Shown here piece after piece: positions 9,532-18,510 of a DNA stretch of 64,000 nt. Made by a program: the position numbers and the translations under genes. Location of the stretch: contig JABLTJ010000002.1 of the NCBI GenBank assembly GCA_013166775.1, positions 64,001 to 128,000 on the forward strand, written 5' to 3'. The notes under the pieces were generated by a model. That model did no database searches and was not told the origin of the DNA. It was given only the letters and a program-made list of their open reading frames with translations. Position 1 is the stretch's first letter. Each line of letters opens with the position of its first letter. The stretch is from Promethearchaeati archaeon (GTDB lineage Archaea; Asgardarchaeota; Heimdallarchaeia; Heimdallarchaeales; Heimdallarchaeaceae).

Positions 9532-10059
9532 TCAGAAATCATAATCTTGAATTATCTTATTTATTAAAACCTCTTTTTCTTCTATTATTTGAAAATTGTA
9601 TCGTTCATATATTTTTTTTATGATAATTTTGTGCTTACTCAAATTTTCATGAGAACAAAGAAGATACTTTATACCTTCAAAATTAAAAGAATCAAGTTCC
9701 TCAACAATATCATTTGTCCAAATAATGATCTTTGGGAAATTTTCCTCTTTAAAACCCTCAATGAGTACTAAATCTATTTTGAATGAATCTGCTAGATTAT
9801 CAATAATATCCATAATTTCTTTTTCTTTTTCTAGAAAAATTTGAGTAGTATTCTTGAAAGCTACTACAGAGATAACTGAACCCTTTTGGGAAAAAACATC
9901 TGAATCTTTATCAGAAAAAGCATATTCATGTTGTCTTGCAGATTTAAGAGATAAAATCGATACATTTCTTTCAGATAGTTTTTCAATTAATCTAGCAATT
10001 AATACCGTTTTTCCTGATTGTGAATATCCAACAACTTGAAGGAGTTGAGAATCTTTCAT
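9532..10059 (-). CDS. mobB: molybdopterin-guanine dinucleotide biosynthesis protein B
   Basis: VVGYSQSGKT P-loop, KDS..F, DLVLIEGFK...FPKI. Confidence 0.88.
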   Translation of the reverse strand: MKDSQLLQVVGYSQSGKTVLIARLIEKLSERNVSILSLKSARQHEYAFSDKDSDVFSQKGSVISVVAFKNTTQIFLEKEKEIMDIIDNLADSFKIDLVLIEGFKEENFPKIIIWTNDIVEELDSFNFEGIKYLLCSHENLSKHKIIIKKIYERYNFQIIEEKEVLINKIIQDYDF

Positions 10060-10137
10060 TCATTTCTGACTGTGTTCGATTCTCTATAAGTAATTTATGT
10101 ATCAATTATTTGAAAAATGATTAGAGGAGAGTATTTT

Positions 10138-11748
10138 TTATTTCTCCTCTGATTTAGATTTTAATGCTCTAGCTCCATCAATTATTTTTTTTGCAGCTGC
10201 AATACTAATCCCTGGAACTTTGCTTATTTCTTCTGGACTAGTACTAATGATTTCATCAACACTAGTAAAACCCTTATCCTTGAGTAACATCGCTGTCTTA
10301 GCTCCAACTCCCACAATATCTGTAAGTTTAAACTGTGTTTTTTCGACTTCCTCACTTTTAATTTCTTCAACCTCAGTTTGGGATTCTGATTCCTTCTTTA
10401 CATCTTCTGACAGAGATTTTAACGCTCTAGCTCCATAGATTATTTTCTTTGCAGTTGTGATACCAACTCCTGGAACTTTACTCACTTCTTCTAGATTTGC
10501 ATCAACAATATCATCAATTCTAGCATAACCCATATCACTGAGCATCATTGCTGTTCTAGCTCCAACTCCCATGATGTCTGTTACTTTAAAAACTTCTTTT
10601 TCACCTTCCTCATCTTCTATTATTTCAATTTCAAAAGGTAATTCAGATTCTTTCTTTACTGGTTCTTCCTCTTTCTTCTTACTTGGTTTGACCTCATATG
10701 GTATAGGTATCACATCAACCTCAGGATCAATTTTCTTAACTGGAACAGTCTTTATAGTTTCTTTCCCCTTTAACACTTCACTAGGTTTTTGAAGGTGATG
10801 AACTTCGAAAGAATCGATTAATTCTTTTTCTTTAAGATATTCGCTTTGTTTCAGTAAGCTCTCACTAGGAGGAAGAAGTTTTTGATTTTTGACAATTTTT
10901 CCTAAAATTCTAGTTTTTTTTTCTTGTTCTAGTGTATCTTTTACGCGATCTTCCTGTACTTGACTTGGTGTTCTTAATTCTCCTGAGATGATTTCTATTG
11001 TATCCCTCTTCTTGAGATATTCCGAAGGTCGTAGCAAGCTTTCAGAGACTGGTTCGTCTAGGGTACTAGTTTCTTTAGGACTAGTAACTATAGGATCCCC
11101 ACTTATAGTTTTAAATGTAGGGATATAATCTTCATCTATATCAAAAACTGTCTCCTTTTTCTGTAAAGTTTCACTTGGTTTAAGCAGCGTATCATCTGGA
11201 GGTGCTTCTTTTGGTTCAACTTCCTTAACTTCCCTTTTGACAGGTTGTAAAGTTGTTTTTATTGGTGAGCTTATTTCAGTTGGTTTTGTAATCTCACTTG
11301 GTTTTACAAGAGTATCAACTGGACCATCAGCAATTTCAGCAGGAAGACCCTTTGGTTTACTTGGCTCCAATGGATCCCTTATTACTTTAGCTTCTCTTAT
11401 TTTAAGACCTGAAGAATGTAGAGCTACACCTTGACCTAAGCTTCTTACTGTTTCAAGCAATTGATAGAAATTGACATCGGTAATTCCGATATCGGAAAAA
11501 TATTCTGAAAGCCAGTTTGAAAATCTATGAACATTGACTTCAGTTCCCAGCATTTTTTCCCAGAAATTGATTATAGTAGTTGCCAATTGATCAAATGATG
11601 AAAATTTATGTGTCTCGATAACATGCTTTCCATCAAGTAGATCTAAAGATCCATTCATAGCGTCACTAAATTCCTTTTCTTCTGGTTTTATGATTACACT
11701 AAAACGATAACTTCCTATTAAGCTTCTTCGAGTTGGGCGTGAAGACAT
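10138..11748 (-). CDS. protein with globular N-terminus, disordered LxKPSE-repeat region and two C-terminal (HhH)2 domains
   Basis: About 6 LxKPSE-like motifs. Duplicated FK.TDI.GVGA.TA..L...VPG.....AKKII.GARALKS unit. Confidence 0.75.
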   Translation of the reverse strand: MSSRPTRRSLIGSYRFSVIIKPEEKEFSDAMNGSLDLLDGKHVIETHKFSSFDQLATTIINFWEKMLGTEVNVHRFSNWLSEYFSDIGITDVNFYQLLETVRSLGQGVALHSSGLKIREAKVIRDPLEPSKPKGLPAEIADGPVDTLVKPSEITKPTEISSPIKTTLQPVKREVKEVEPKEAPPDDTLLKPSETLQKKETVFDIDEDYIPTFKTISGDPIVTSPKETSTLDEPVSESLLRPSEYLKKRDTIEIISGELRTPSQVQEDRVKDTLEQEKKTRILGKIVKNQKLLPPSESLLKQSEYLKEKELIDSFEVHHLQKPSEVLKGKETIKTVPVKKIDPEVDVIPIPYEVKPSKKKEEEPVKKESELPFEIEIIEDEEGEKEVFKVTDIMGVGARTAMMLSDMGYARIDDIVDANLEEVSKVPGVGITTAKKIIYGARALKSLSEDVKKESESQTEVEEIKSEEVEKTQFKLTDIVGVGAKTAMLLKDKGFTSVDEIISTSPEEISKVPGISIAAAKKIIDGARALKSKSEEK

Positions 11749-11856
11749 TTTCTTTCTGAAAAGTAATTATTTTTAGGCTTAAAAAAACTTACTAGATGAG
11801 CAATCGAAAAAGAATAAAATGAAAAAATAGAAAAAAAGGAGAAAATTGAGTTCTTA

Positions 11857-13353
11857 TCAAGTATCTTCTGCCTTTTTCTCCCATACAGGACGTTCTTCCT
11901 TATCATAGGTTTCCATAACATCTGCAGTAATTTTTGAGAGATTCTTCTGAATATCTTCAGAGATTCTTGTTCTTCTTCCAGTATGTCCTCTAAATGGATC
12001 TGATATATGGAAGAATAGAATTGTCTTATATGCTGTTGAAATTGGTCGTAAAATAGCTGTTGTAGGTAGATATCCGAATAAGAAAAAGACAGCTGCTACT
12101 GCTAGAGAGAACATAACTTTAAAGCTTATACCAGCAATTTCCCCTGCACTAATGCCGAATAAATCTGCTAACCAATAATAACCTAAGAAGAATCCTCCTG
12201 TTGAAAAGACACCAAATGTCATCACTGTAAAAAATCCTTTAGCAATATTCACTCCAGCTTTTCCTATAATAATATCAGCAGCAGAATCAACTGCTAAATC
12301 GGTAGATCTAATCATACTTTTAACAAATCCTTGTTTTTCAACTACGATTATTGTCAAAGTATAGTAATTAAGGAATTTTAGTACCTTCCATAACGCTTTC
12401 AGAAGTAGAATGAATAGGAAGAAGATTACAGTAAGTACTTTTAATGTTATTTTCACTGCTTTATTCTGTTTCCATTTTCCCCAGAATTTCTTCTTTGCGA
12501 AATATTGTACAGTTTTTATAATAGCATCAAAGAATGCCATAAACGTTCCAAATAGGATGATACTTCCTTTTACTTTCCAGATTTCTTTCATTGCGATTCT
12601 TATTGAAGCATCTTTATAATTATTCCATCTCTTGAAGATGCAAATATTTATTGCATCACTGAAATAGAGCATTGTCCAATGTATTGTCAAGTAAATAAAG
12701 ATTATAACGAAAAATACCAAGTATTCTAACCAATCAGATGTTCTACCAGATTGCTCTAACCAAGTATCTAAGTTTGCTCCTGCATAAATTGAACCAGCTA
12801 CTCCTGTTATTGTAGTTACTACAGAGATTACTGAAAAGAATAATACAGGTATCAATGTTCCTTTCTCTTCATTCACAGCTTCATTGCTCATCTCAAATAC
12901 TTTTGAACCAAGAATAATCCTTCTTGCTAGAAGTAGAACAATGACCAATATAAACGCAGCTGGTGCTAAAACTGCTATTCCTATCCATCTTAGATTTCCT
13001 TGATATTGAACAAGTAGAAAAACACCCGCAGCAATTAGTAAGGCTGTCCCTCCAAAAATAACTGTATTAACAAGTTCTGCACCTACATAGCTCATTAACC
13101 ATACTTCTAAATAAGCAATCAGAATTCCTATTACTAATAGAACTACAACTGCTAATATAACCCACCAAATGTAGCTTTCTACAAATGAGTAGGCTACACC
13201 AAATTTCGCAAGTACCCAATCTGTTAAGTTTTGGTTTATTGCAGTCATTTGATAAATAGAGTATGCACCGAATGCATAAGCAGCTAATACTATTAGAAAC
13301 CAAATATAGAAGATTAGACCGAAGTCTCTAACCTTTTGTTCTTCTGTAGCCAT
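11857..13353 (-). CDS. choline-transporter-like (CTL/SLC44/Pns1-like) multi-pass membrane protein
   Basis: About 10 TM. Motifs RRI...FEMSNEAV, GSIILFG, FLNYYTLTIIVVEKQGFVKS and AYKTILF...DP parallel the CTL family. ATG 13353 lies downstream of GGAGG. Confidence 0.6.
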   Translation of the reverse strand: MATEEQKVRDFGLIFYIWFLIVLAAYAFGAYSIYQMTAINQNLTDWVLAKFGVAYSFVESYIWWVILAVVVLLVIGILIAYLEVWLMSYVGAELVNTVIFGGTALLIAAGVFLLVQYQGNLRWIGIAVLAPAAFILVIVLLLARRIILGSKVFEMSNEAVNEEKGTLIPVLFFSVISVVTTITGVAGSIYAGANLDTWLEQSGRTSDWLEYLVFFVIIFIYLTIHWTMLYFSDAINICIFKRWNNYKDASIRIAMKEIWKVKGSIILFGTFMAFFDAIIKTVQYFAKKKFWGKWKQNKAVKITLKVLTVIFFLFILLLKALWKVLKFLNYYTLTIIVVEKQGFVKSMIRSTDLAVDSAADIIIGKAGVNIAKGFFTVMTFGVFSTGGFFLGYYWLADLFGISAGEIAGISFKVMFSLAVAAVFFLFGYLPTTAILRPISTAYKTILFFHISDPFRGHTGRRTRISEDIQKNLSKITADVMETYDKEERPVWEKKAEDT

Positions 13354-13444
13354 GTCTATTATTCTGCTCTCCTCCTTCAAAAATGTTTTCCAATATTATC
13401 TCATGTGGAAGGATTTTAAAGCTGCAATAATAATATTATGTCTT

Positions 13445-14353
13445 GTGAAAGCTGATCTAAATATAATTAGTCACATAGTTCTAGATGACAAAATTTTCTA
13501 TACAGAACATCCTCCTAGAAAAATAACGGAACAATTGGGAGGTCCAGTAGCTTATGCAAGTATGGTAATCCCGCTATTACAGGCAAGCACTCAATGTATT
13601 ACTTCAATTGGAAAAGATTTTCCTGAGGAATATCTGCTTTACCTAAATTCAATTAGAAACTATGGTCTTAAGATAGAGAATTCGGAAAAAACAACTAGAT
13701 TCTTACATGAAATACATCATGATCATCGAACCTTATTTCTAGTAGCACAAGCTAAATCTTTGGATAATTCTTTATTCTTGCTTGAAGGAGGAAAAGCATG
13801 CTTACTTTCTCCAGTTTTTGAGGAAATCTCAAAATCTTCAGTTGAATGGTCACGAGATAATCATGATTGGGTGGGAGTTGATGTACAAGGATTTGTTAGA
13901 AAAAAGGATGAAAATGGCAAGATTTATTCTTATTTCGACCAGAGTTTTTTCAGATACTTAATACAAAAAAACGACTTTGTTAAGTATTCTTTGAACGAAG
14001 CAATGAGTTTTACAAAACAGAAAGCTCACAGAGAGATATTAGATAAATTACCTAAGAATAATGTTCAAATCGTTACTATAGGAAATAAAGGAATCATTTA
14101 CTCTGATAATGGACAGTTCTATAAACTAGATGCACCTACACAAGATATCAAAGATCCTACAGGAGCAGGAGATGTTTTTATTACTGCTTTTCTTATAAAA
14201 TATCTTGAAACAAAAGAAGTTGATTTCTCACTTTCTTTTGGAATGGCTATAGCTGCTGAAAAAGTACATTACGATGAAATACAAATTTTACCCAAGAAGA
14301 ATTATAAATCGATAGCAGAAAAGATTCTCGAATCAAAGAAAGAGATAAGATAA
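13445..14353 (+). CDS. PfkB/ribokinase-family kinase
   Basis: LGGPVAY, VDVQGFVR, VTIGNKG, DPTGAGDVF. GTG 13445 is the likely start, avoiding overlap with the divergent gene. Confidence 0.88.
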   Translation: MKADLNIISHIVLDDKIFYTEHPPRKITEQLGGPVAYASMVIPLLQASTQCITSIGKDFPEEYLLYLNSIRNYGLKIENSEKTTRFLHEIHHDHRTLFLVAQAKSLDNSLFLLEGGKACLLSPVFEEISKSSVEWSRDNHDWVGVDVQGFVRKKDENGKIYSYFDQSFFRYLIQKNDFVKYSLNEAMSFTKQKAHREILDKLPKNNVQIVTIGNKGIIYSDNGQFYKLDAPTQDIKDPTGAGDVFITAFLIKYLETKEVDFSLSFGMAIAAEKVHYDEIQILPKKNYKSIAEKILESKKEIR

Positions 14354-14360
14354 AATCTCA

Positions 14361-14987
14361 TCAAGTGAGTTTAATATCAAGTTTTCCCATACTCTCAGAA
14401 ATAATCTTTCCATAATCCAAATTTTGCTCTTCTTTCAAAATATTCTCTAAATTTGCATTTGTGATTGGATGTTTAGGTCCTAATAAATCGCACACTTCAG
14501 GGCCAGCAGATATATCGAACGTTTTAATCTCTCTTGTTAGAAATATGATTTTCTCTTTATCGAATGTTATCAAAGGTTTCAATACACGGTATCTTGTTGC
14601 TTGTTCAATTACTGAGATATTAGCTAAAGTTTGACTCGATACTTGTCCTAAACTCTCTCCGGTTCCAATATATTCAGCTTTCTCAAGATCAGCTATTTCA
14701 CACCCTAACTTAAGCATAAGTCGTTTCATTAAAACGAAATAATACGAATGCTTACAATCATCCACTAGAGTTTGTAGAGCATCAGCTATATCTATAACAT
14801 ACATTTTCTTCCAATTGAACTTTTCAGAAATGAGCAAACTCTTCTCAATAGATTCTTCTCCTGCAAAATCAGTATTTGAAAAGTGCAGAGGAATTATCTC
14901 GAAACTCTTTTTCTGAAGAAGGTAACCAGCGATACTACTATCAAATCCACCACTTAATAAGAGTACAACTTTGTTAGTAGTCATCAT
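14361..14987 (-). CDS. ThiI-like PP-loop adenylation domain without THUMP
   Basis: LLSGGFDS, TGESLGQVSSQTLANI, VLKPLITFDKEKI; only 208 aa. Confidence 0.85.
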   Translation of the reverse strand: MMTTNKVVLLLSGGFDSSIAGYLLQKKSFEIIPLHFSNTDFAGEESIEKSLLISEKFNWKKMYVIDIADALQTLVDDCKHSYYFVLMKRLMLKLGCEIADLEKAEYIGTGESLGQVSSQTLANISVIEQATRYRVLKPLITFDKEKIIFLTREIKTFDISAGPEVCDLLGPKHPITNANLENILKEEQNLDYGKIISESMGKLDIKLT

Positions 14988-15049
14988 AATGCTGTAAATT
15001 TGGGACTTTTAGAATGTTTAGTTAAGGAAAAATTCTTTAATTTAAAATC

Positions 15050-15475
15050 ATGTTCAGATTTATGGAAATAACTCAATTCTCTACTGAAATGTATAATGAT
15101 GTATTCAAACTATGGAAAGATTCAGGTTTATCTCTTGGTGCTTCCGATACCAAGGATCAAGTAGAAAGATTGAGCGAAATGAATCCTGATTTATTCTTAG
15201 TTGGGATCAAAGATAGTAAAATTATAGCAGTAGTTGCAGGAGCCTTTGATGGGAGAAGAGGTTATGTACATCATTTAACAGTTGATAGTCAATACAGAAG
15301 GAAGGGATATGGAAGAAAAATGATGGAAGAGTTACACAAGCTGTTTTCCGAAAAAAATATAATCAAAGTTCACTTATTTGTTGAAATTGAAAGCGAAGAA
15401 GTGATAGAGTTTTATAAAAAAATCGGTTGGCATGTGCGAGATGATTTAGAGATGATGAGTTTTGTTCCTGAATAA
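15050..15475 (+). CDS. GNAT acetyltransferase (YpeA-like)
   Basis: FDGRRGYVHHLTV...YRRKGYGRKMM, VIEFYKKIGW. Confidence 0.9.
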   Translation: MFRFMEITQFSTEMYNDVFKLWKDSGLSLGASDTKDQVERLSEMNPDLFLVGIKDSKIIAVVAGAFDGRRGYVHHLTVDSQYRRKGYGRKMMEELHKLFSEKNIIKVHLFVEIESEEVIEFYKKIGWHVRDDLEMMSFVPE

Positions 15476-15547
15476 CATTTTTTCTGGGAAATTGAATTAT
15501 CAAATAGTGCATAAATAAAATAGAAAAGAGAAGAAATAATCTTTTTT

Positions 15548-16318
15548 TTAAACTGGTGATATTTCAATATTTAGAACGTCAAGAATTCTTGTCATTTCTT
15601 TAACATCTTCGATTGTTTTTATTCTTAAAGCACTTCTAAACATTGTTGAATTTAATTCAGAGGCAGTTTTGAAAATGTCACGTTTTCTCCAGACATCAAC
15701 TGAGGGATTGTAAAGAAGAATGTACATCACTTTTTTGTCCATATCACAGAGAAGATAAGTGTCTGCATATTCCAATCTTTTTCCTATCATTTCTTTTAAT
15801 GTATTATCTTGGTTCACACCATAAATTCTGGGTATTTTACCTGAAAACATGTCTATCATTCTTGTATACATTTTCTTGATTGAACTTGGATCGATTCCAG
15901 ATTCTCTCTGCAAACCTCTAGCTATCAATGTGAAATATGGTTCTATTAATCCATAACTATCTAGAACTTCTCTTACTGCTATTCCTTCAAATAGGAAATA
16001 AGCTACGCACAATCTATAACCAGAAGCAGCAATTCTTTCATCTGCTGAACTTGTAATTTCTGTTTCAAAAGGTATTGCAATAGCTTTGATATTTTCATGA
16101 TCAGGAACAGGTATTGGACCTAACATTTTTGGATTTTTGGTTCCATCAACTTTTCCGATTGATCCTTTGTTCATCTCAACTAGTGTCATTCCACTCATTA
16201 CTAAAGTTAAGGCTGTATTTTCTTCTACTTCTGAATTGTTAAATAATATCTCGGGACCGTAGTCCTTGAATATACTGAATATCAATTTTGGTTCTTTTGA
16301 AACATTTGGATTTATCAT
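15548..16318 (-). CDS. uDENN/longin-like domain fused to gelsolin-like domain
   Basis: N-terminal LIFSIFKDYGPEIL (NPR2/FLCN-type F..GP). C-terminal PRIYGV...LEYADTYLLCD...VMYI...RKRDIFKTASEL fits the gelsolin-repeat consensus. Confidence 0.6.
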   Translation of the reverse strand: MINPNVSKEPKLIFSIFKDYGPEILFNNSEVEENTALTLVMSGMTLVEMNKGSIGKVDGTKNPKMLGPIPVPDHENIKAIAIPFETEITSSADERIAASGYRLCVAYFLFEGIAVREVLDSYGLIEPYFTLIARGLQRESGIDPSSIKKMYTRMIDMFSGKIPRIYGVNQDNTLKEMIGKRLEYADTYLLCDMDKKVMYILLYNPSVDVWRKRDIFKTASELNSTMFRSALRIKTIEDVKEMTRILDVLNIEISPV

Positions 16319-16329
16319 TTTGGCACTCC

Positions 16330-17325
16330 TTATTGTGTATCTTCTCTACTTGGTTGTTGATCTAATAGAATTGCTATTTCAGGAATCTTGCTGAGAATTT
16401 CGTATTTGACTTGTCGAGGCATTTCCTTTGAAGGATCGCGTTCTTTTTCCTCAACAAAAGCATTTAGAATCTCTTCTGCGAGAGATTGTGCTTTGGATTC
16501 ACTATCATCTCGATCAACAAATAGAACTATACTCCATCCTCCCATCTTGCGGATAACCATCTTTACAACACCAAGTTTCACTACATCCATTACAGAATCA
16601 CTTTCAAAGATGGTTGAAGCCATGATATTAAGCGCACTAATCAACCCCCCAAGTAGAGTACTATCATGTTCTTCGACTGTTTGATCAAATGTATAATCAA
16701 ACGCTGGGACTCCTCCTTCTTGAAGTATTATGACCCTCTTTGGATTAACTTCTTCCCTTAGAGGTGTTCTTCCTGTCATTCTGGAGATTATCCAATCAAA
16801 AGCTGTGTAGAAATTTTCTCCAGTTTTTACACTGACTGGATAAATTGAAACAGAACGATTGATATCTTCCATAATTACTTGAAAAGCTGGATCTTGTAAC
16901 AAATCTGCAAAAGGAACAGCTTCAGCTATATCTGTTTTATTTGCCAAGAAAAGAATAGAAGTTTTTTGTGGTATCTTATCTAGTAAACTAAAAATATACT
17001 CAAAAGATACATCTACGTGTCTAGATGTTTGAGTATCTATAACAAAAACCACTCCATCTATTTCACCTAATATATCTTGGAAATAAGGACTTTCTCTTGC
17101 TGTTTCTTCATCTGCTTCAATAATTGTAAGAATGGACTTACCATAAGTTACATTTATAAAACAAGTTAGTTGTGTTGGTTGCGCGTCTGAAACAGTACCA
17201 TATATCAAACGATTTACAACACTTGATTTACCTGATTTCTCTAATCCTAATATAACTATCTGTGGTTTCTTTCCTTCTTTATTTAGTAGAAGTTTATCCC
17301 TAACGAAAGAAAGATAACTACTCAT
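16330..17325 (-). CDS. Arf/Sar-family GTPase (G3-degenerate) fused to longin domain
   Basis: G1 GLEKSGKS, G2 PT, G4 NKTD, G5 SVK; G3 reads IEADEE. C-terminal VIILQEGGVP...DSTLLGGLISALN longin pattern. Confidence 0.85.
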   Translation of the reverse strand: MSSYLSFVRDKLLLNKEGKKPQIVILGLEKSGKSSVVNRLIYGTVSDAQPTQLTCFINVTYGKSILTIIEADEETARESPYFQDILGEIDGVVFVIDTQTSRHVDVSFEYIFSLLDKIPQKTSILFLANKTDIAEAVPFADLLQDPAFQVIMEDINRSVSIYPVSVKTGENFYTAFDWIISRMTGRTPLREEVNPKRVIILQEGGVPAFDYTFDQTVEEHDSTLLGGLISALNIMASTIFESDSVMDVVKLGVVKMVIRKMGGWSIVLFVDRDDSESKAQSLAEEILNAFVEEKERDPSKEMPRQVKYEILSKIPEIAILLDQQPSREDTQ

Positions 17326-18329
17326 TATCTGCGTCCTCCTTCAACCTCAAGTGGAAACTTACTCTCTAATACTTCACTCAGATTCTTTTGAGCTTCTGTA
17401 GGATTTCGACTGAAATTCTCTAGAATTCTTAATTGAATCTGTTGTGCTCTAGTTACTGGATCAATTGGGTCTATCATAACAGATAAACAGTAAGCTCCAC
17501 GTTTAACATGACTAACATGTTTTTTATAGAGGCTTTCTAGTTTTACAGATTGAATACTTTCTTTTGACTCTATAGCAAAGAGTTTGGTTAATTCCTTGAG
17601 TTTCTTAAAATCATTTGCAACGAGAGCTTGCTCACTTGGTCTACCAAATAAAGCTTCAGAGATAATGTTTCCATCAATATCACTTAAAACTGCTGCACCA
17701 ATCTTGACTTTCCATTGCTGAGCGCCACAAAGCACATCTACAATCCAATCCCATGCGCTATAAACTCCTTGTCCAGTTAAAGCAGACACTTTTTTAATGT
17801 TGAATGGTCTTAAATTTCTGAGAAATTTATCTAATTCAAATGATTCATTAATTTCCGATAATTCCTTTGAATTAGGTAGGTCTCCCTTGTTTGCTAAGAA
17901 TAGTACTGGAGCACTTTGTTTTGCGAAATTTATATAATGCCAGAATGTTTGTTTTGATTCATCAAATCGAGCGTGATCAGCTGAATCTACTAAATAGATT
18001 ACTGCATCAGCTCTCTCAATAAATTTTTTCCATAAACTTAATCTAAATGGTTGATGTCCTCCTAAATCAAAACAAGTAAAATTTAAATCACGATATTGAT
18101 AATTTTCTAAATTGACCCCATAAGTAGGTCTTACAACTATATCATCTTGTTTTAGTAGTTTTTTAACCAAAGATGTTTTTCCTGCTCTTTCTAACCCTAG
18201 CAGAGCAACACTAAATTTATTCCTTCCTACAACTGATTCTTGGCTAGTTTCTACCTTCGTTGGTTGTTCTTGTTGCTCTCTTCTCTTCTTTTCTTCCATT
18301 ATACGTTTTCGAAATTCATAGAAAGACAT
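17325..18329 (-). CDS. Arf/Sar1-like GTPase fused to roadblock-like domain
   Basis: GLERAGKT, PTYG, FDLGGH, VDSADHARFDESK, NKGD, SAL. C-terminal AAVLSDIDGNII. AGGTGA SD; TAATG overlap with the next gene. Confidence 0.9.
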   Translation of the reverse strand: MSFYEFRKRIMEEKKRREQQEQPTKVETSQESVVGRNKFSVALLGLERAGKTSLVKKLLKQDDIVVRPTYGVNLENYQYRDLNFTCFDLGGHQPFRLSLWKKFIERADAVIYLVDSADHARFDESKQTFWHYINFAKQSAPVLFLANKGDLPNSKELSEINESFELDKFLRNLRPFNIKKVSALTGQGVYSAWDWIVDVLCGAQQWKVKIGAAVLSDIDGNIISEALFGRPSEQALVANDFKKLKELTKLFAIESKESIQSVKLESLYKKHVSHVKRGAYCLSVMIDPIDPVTRAQQIQLRILENFSRNPTEAQKNLSEVLESKFPLEVEGGRR

Positions 18330-18510
18330 TCATTCACCTTAATTATCTGCAAGAGTGAGTTTTTTTCTCAGATACCTAATCAGAATTTAGTATCTTAACA
18401 TAGTAATTTAATGTTTCGCTAACTGTAATTTAGTCTAGATAACTAGAACGATTCACGCTTCATTCCATTCTATTTAAACATTAAGATAGTAAAAGCTACG
18501 CTTTCTAATC

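Noticed and set aside
11718-11921. 67-aa ORF bridging two genes, and other short (60-104 aa) overlapping track ORFs
   Set aside because: They overlap well-supported genes in other frames or strands and have no recognisable motifs.
15548-18329. Bona fide COPII (Sec23/24) genes
   Set aside because: No Zn-finger, vWA trunk or beta-sandwich domains; only motif-level resemblance.
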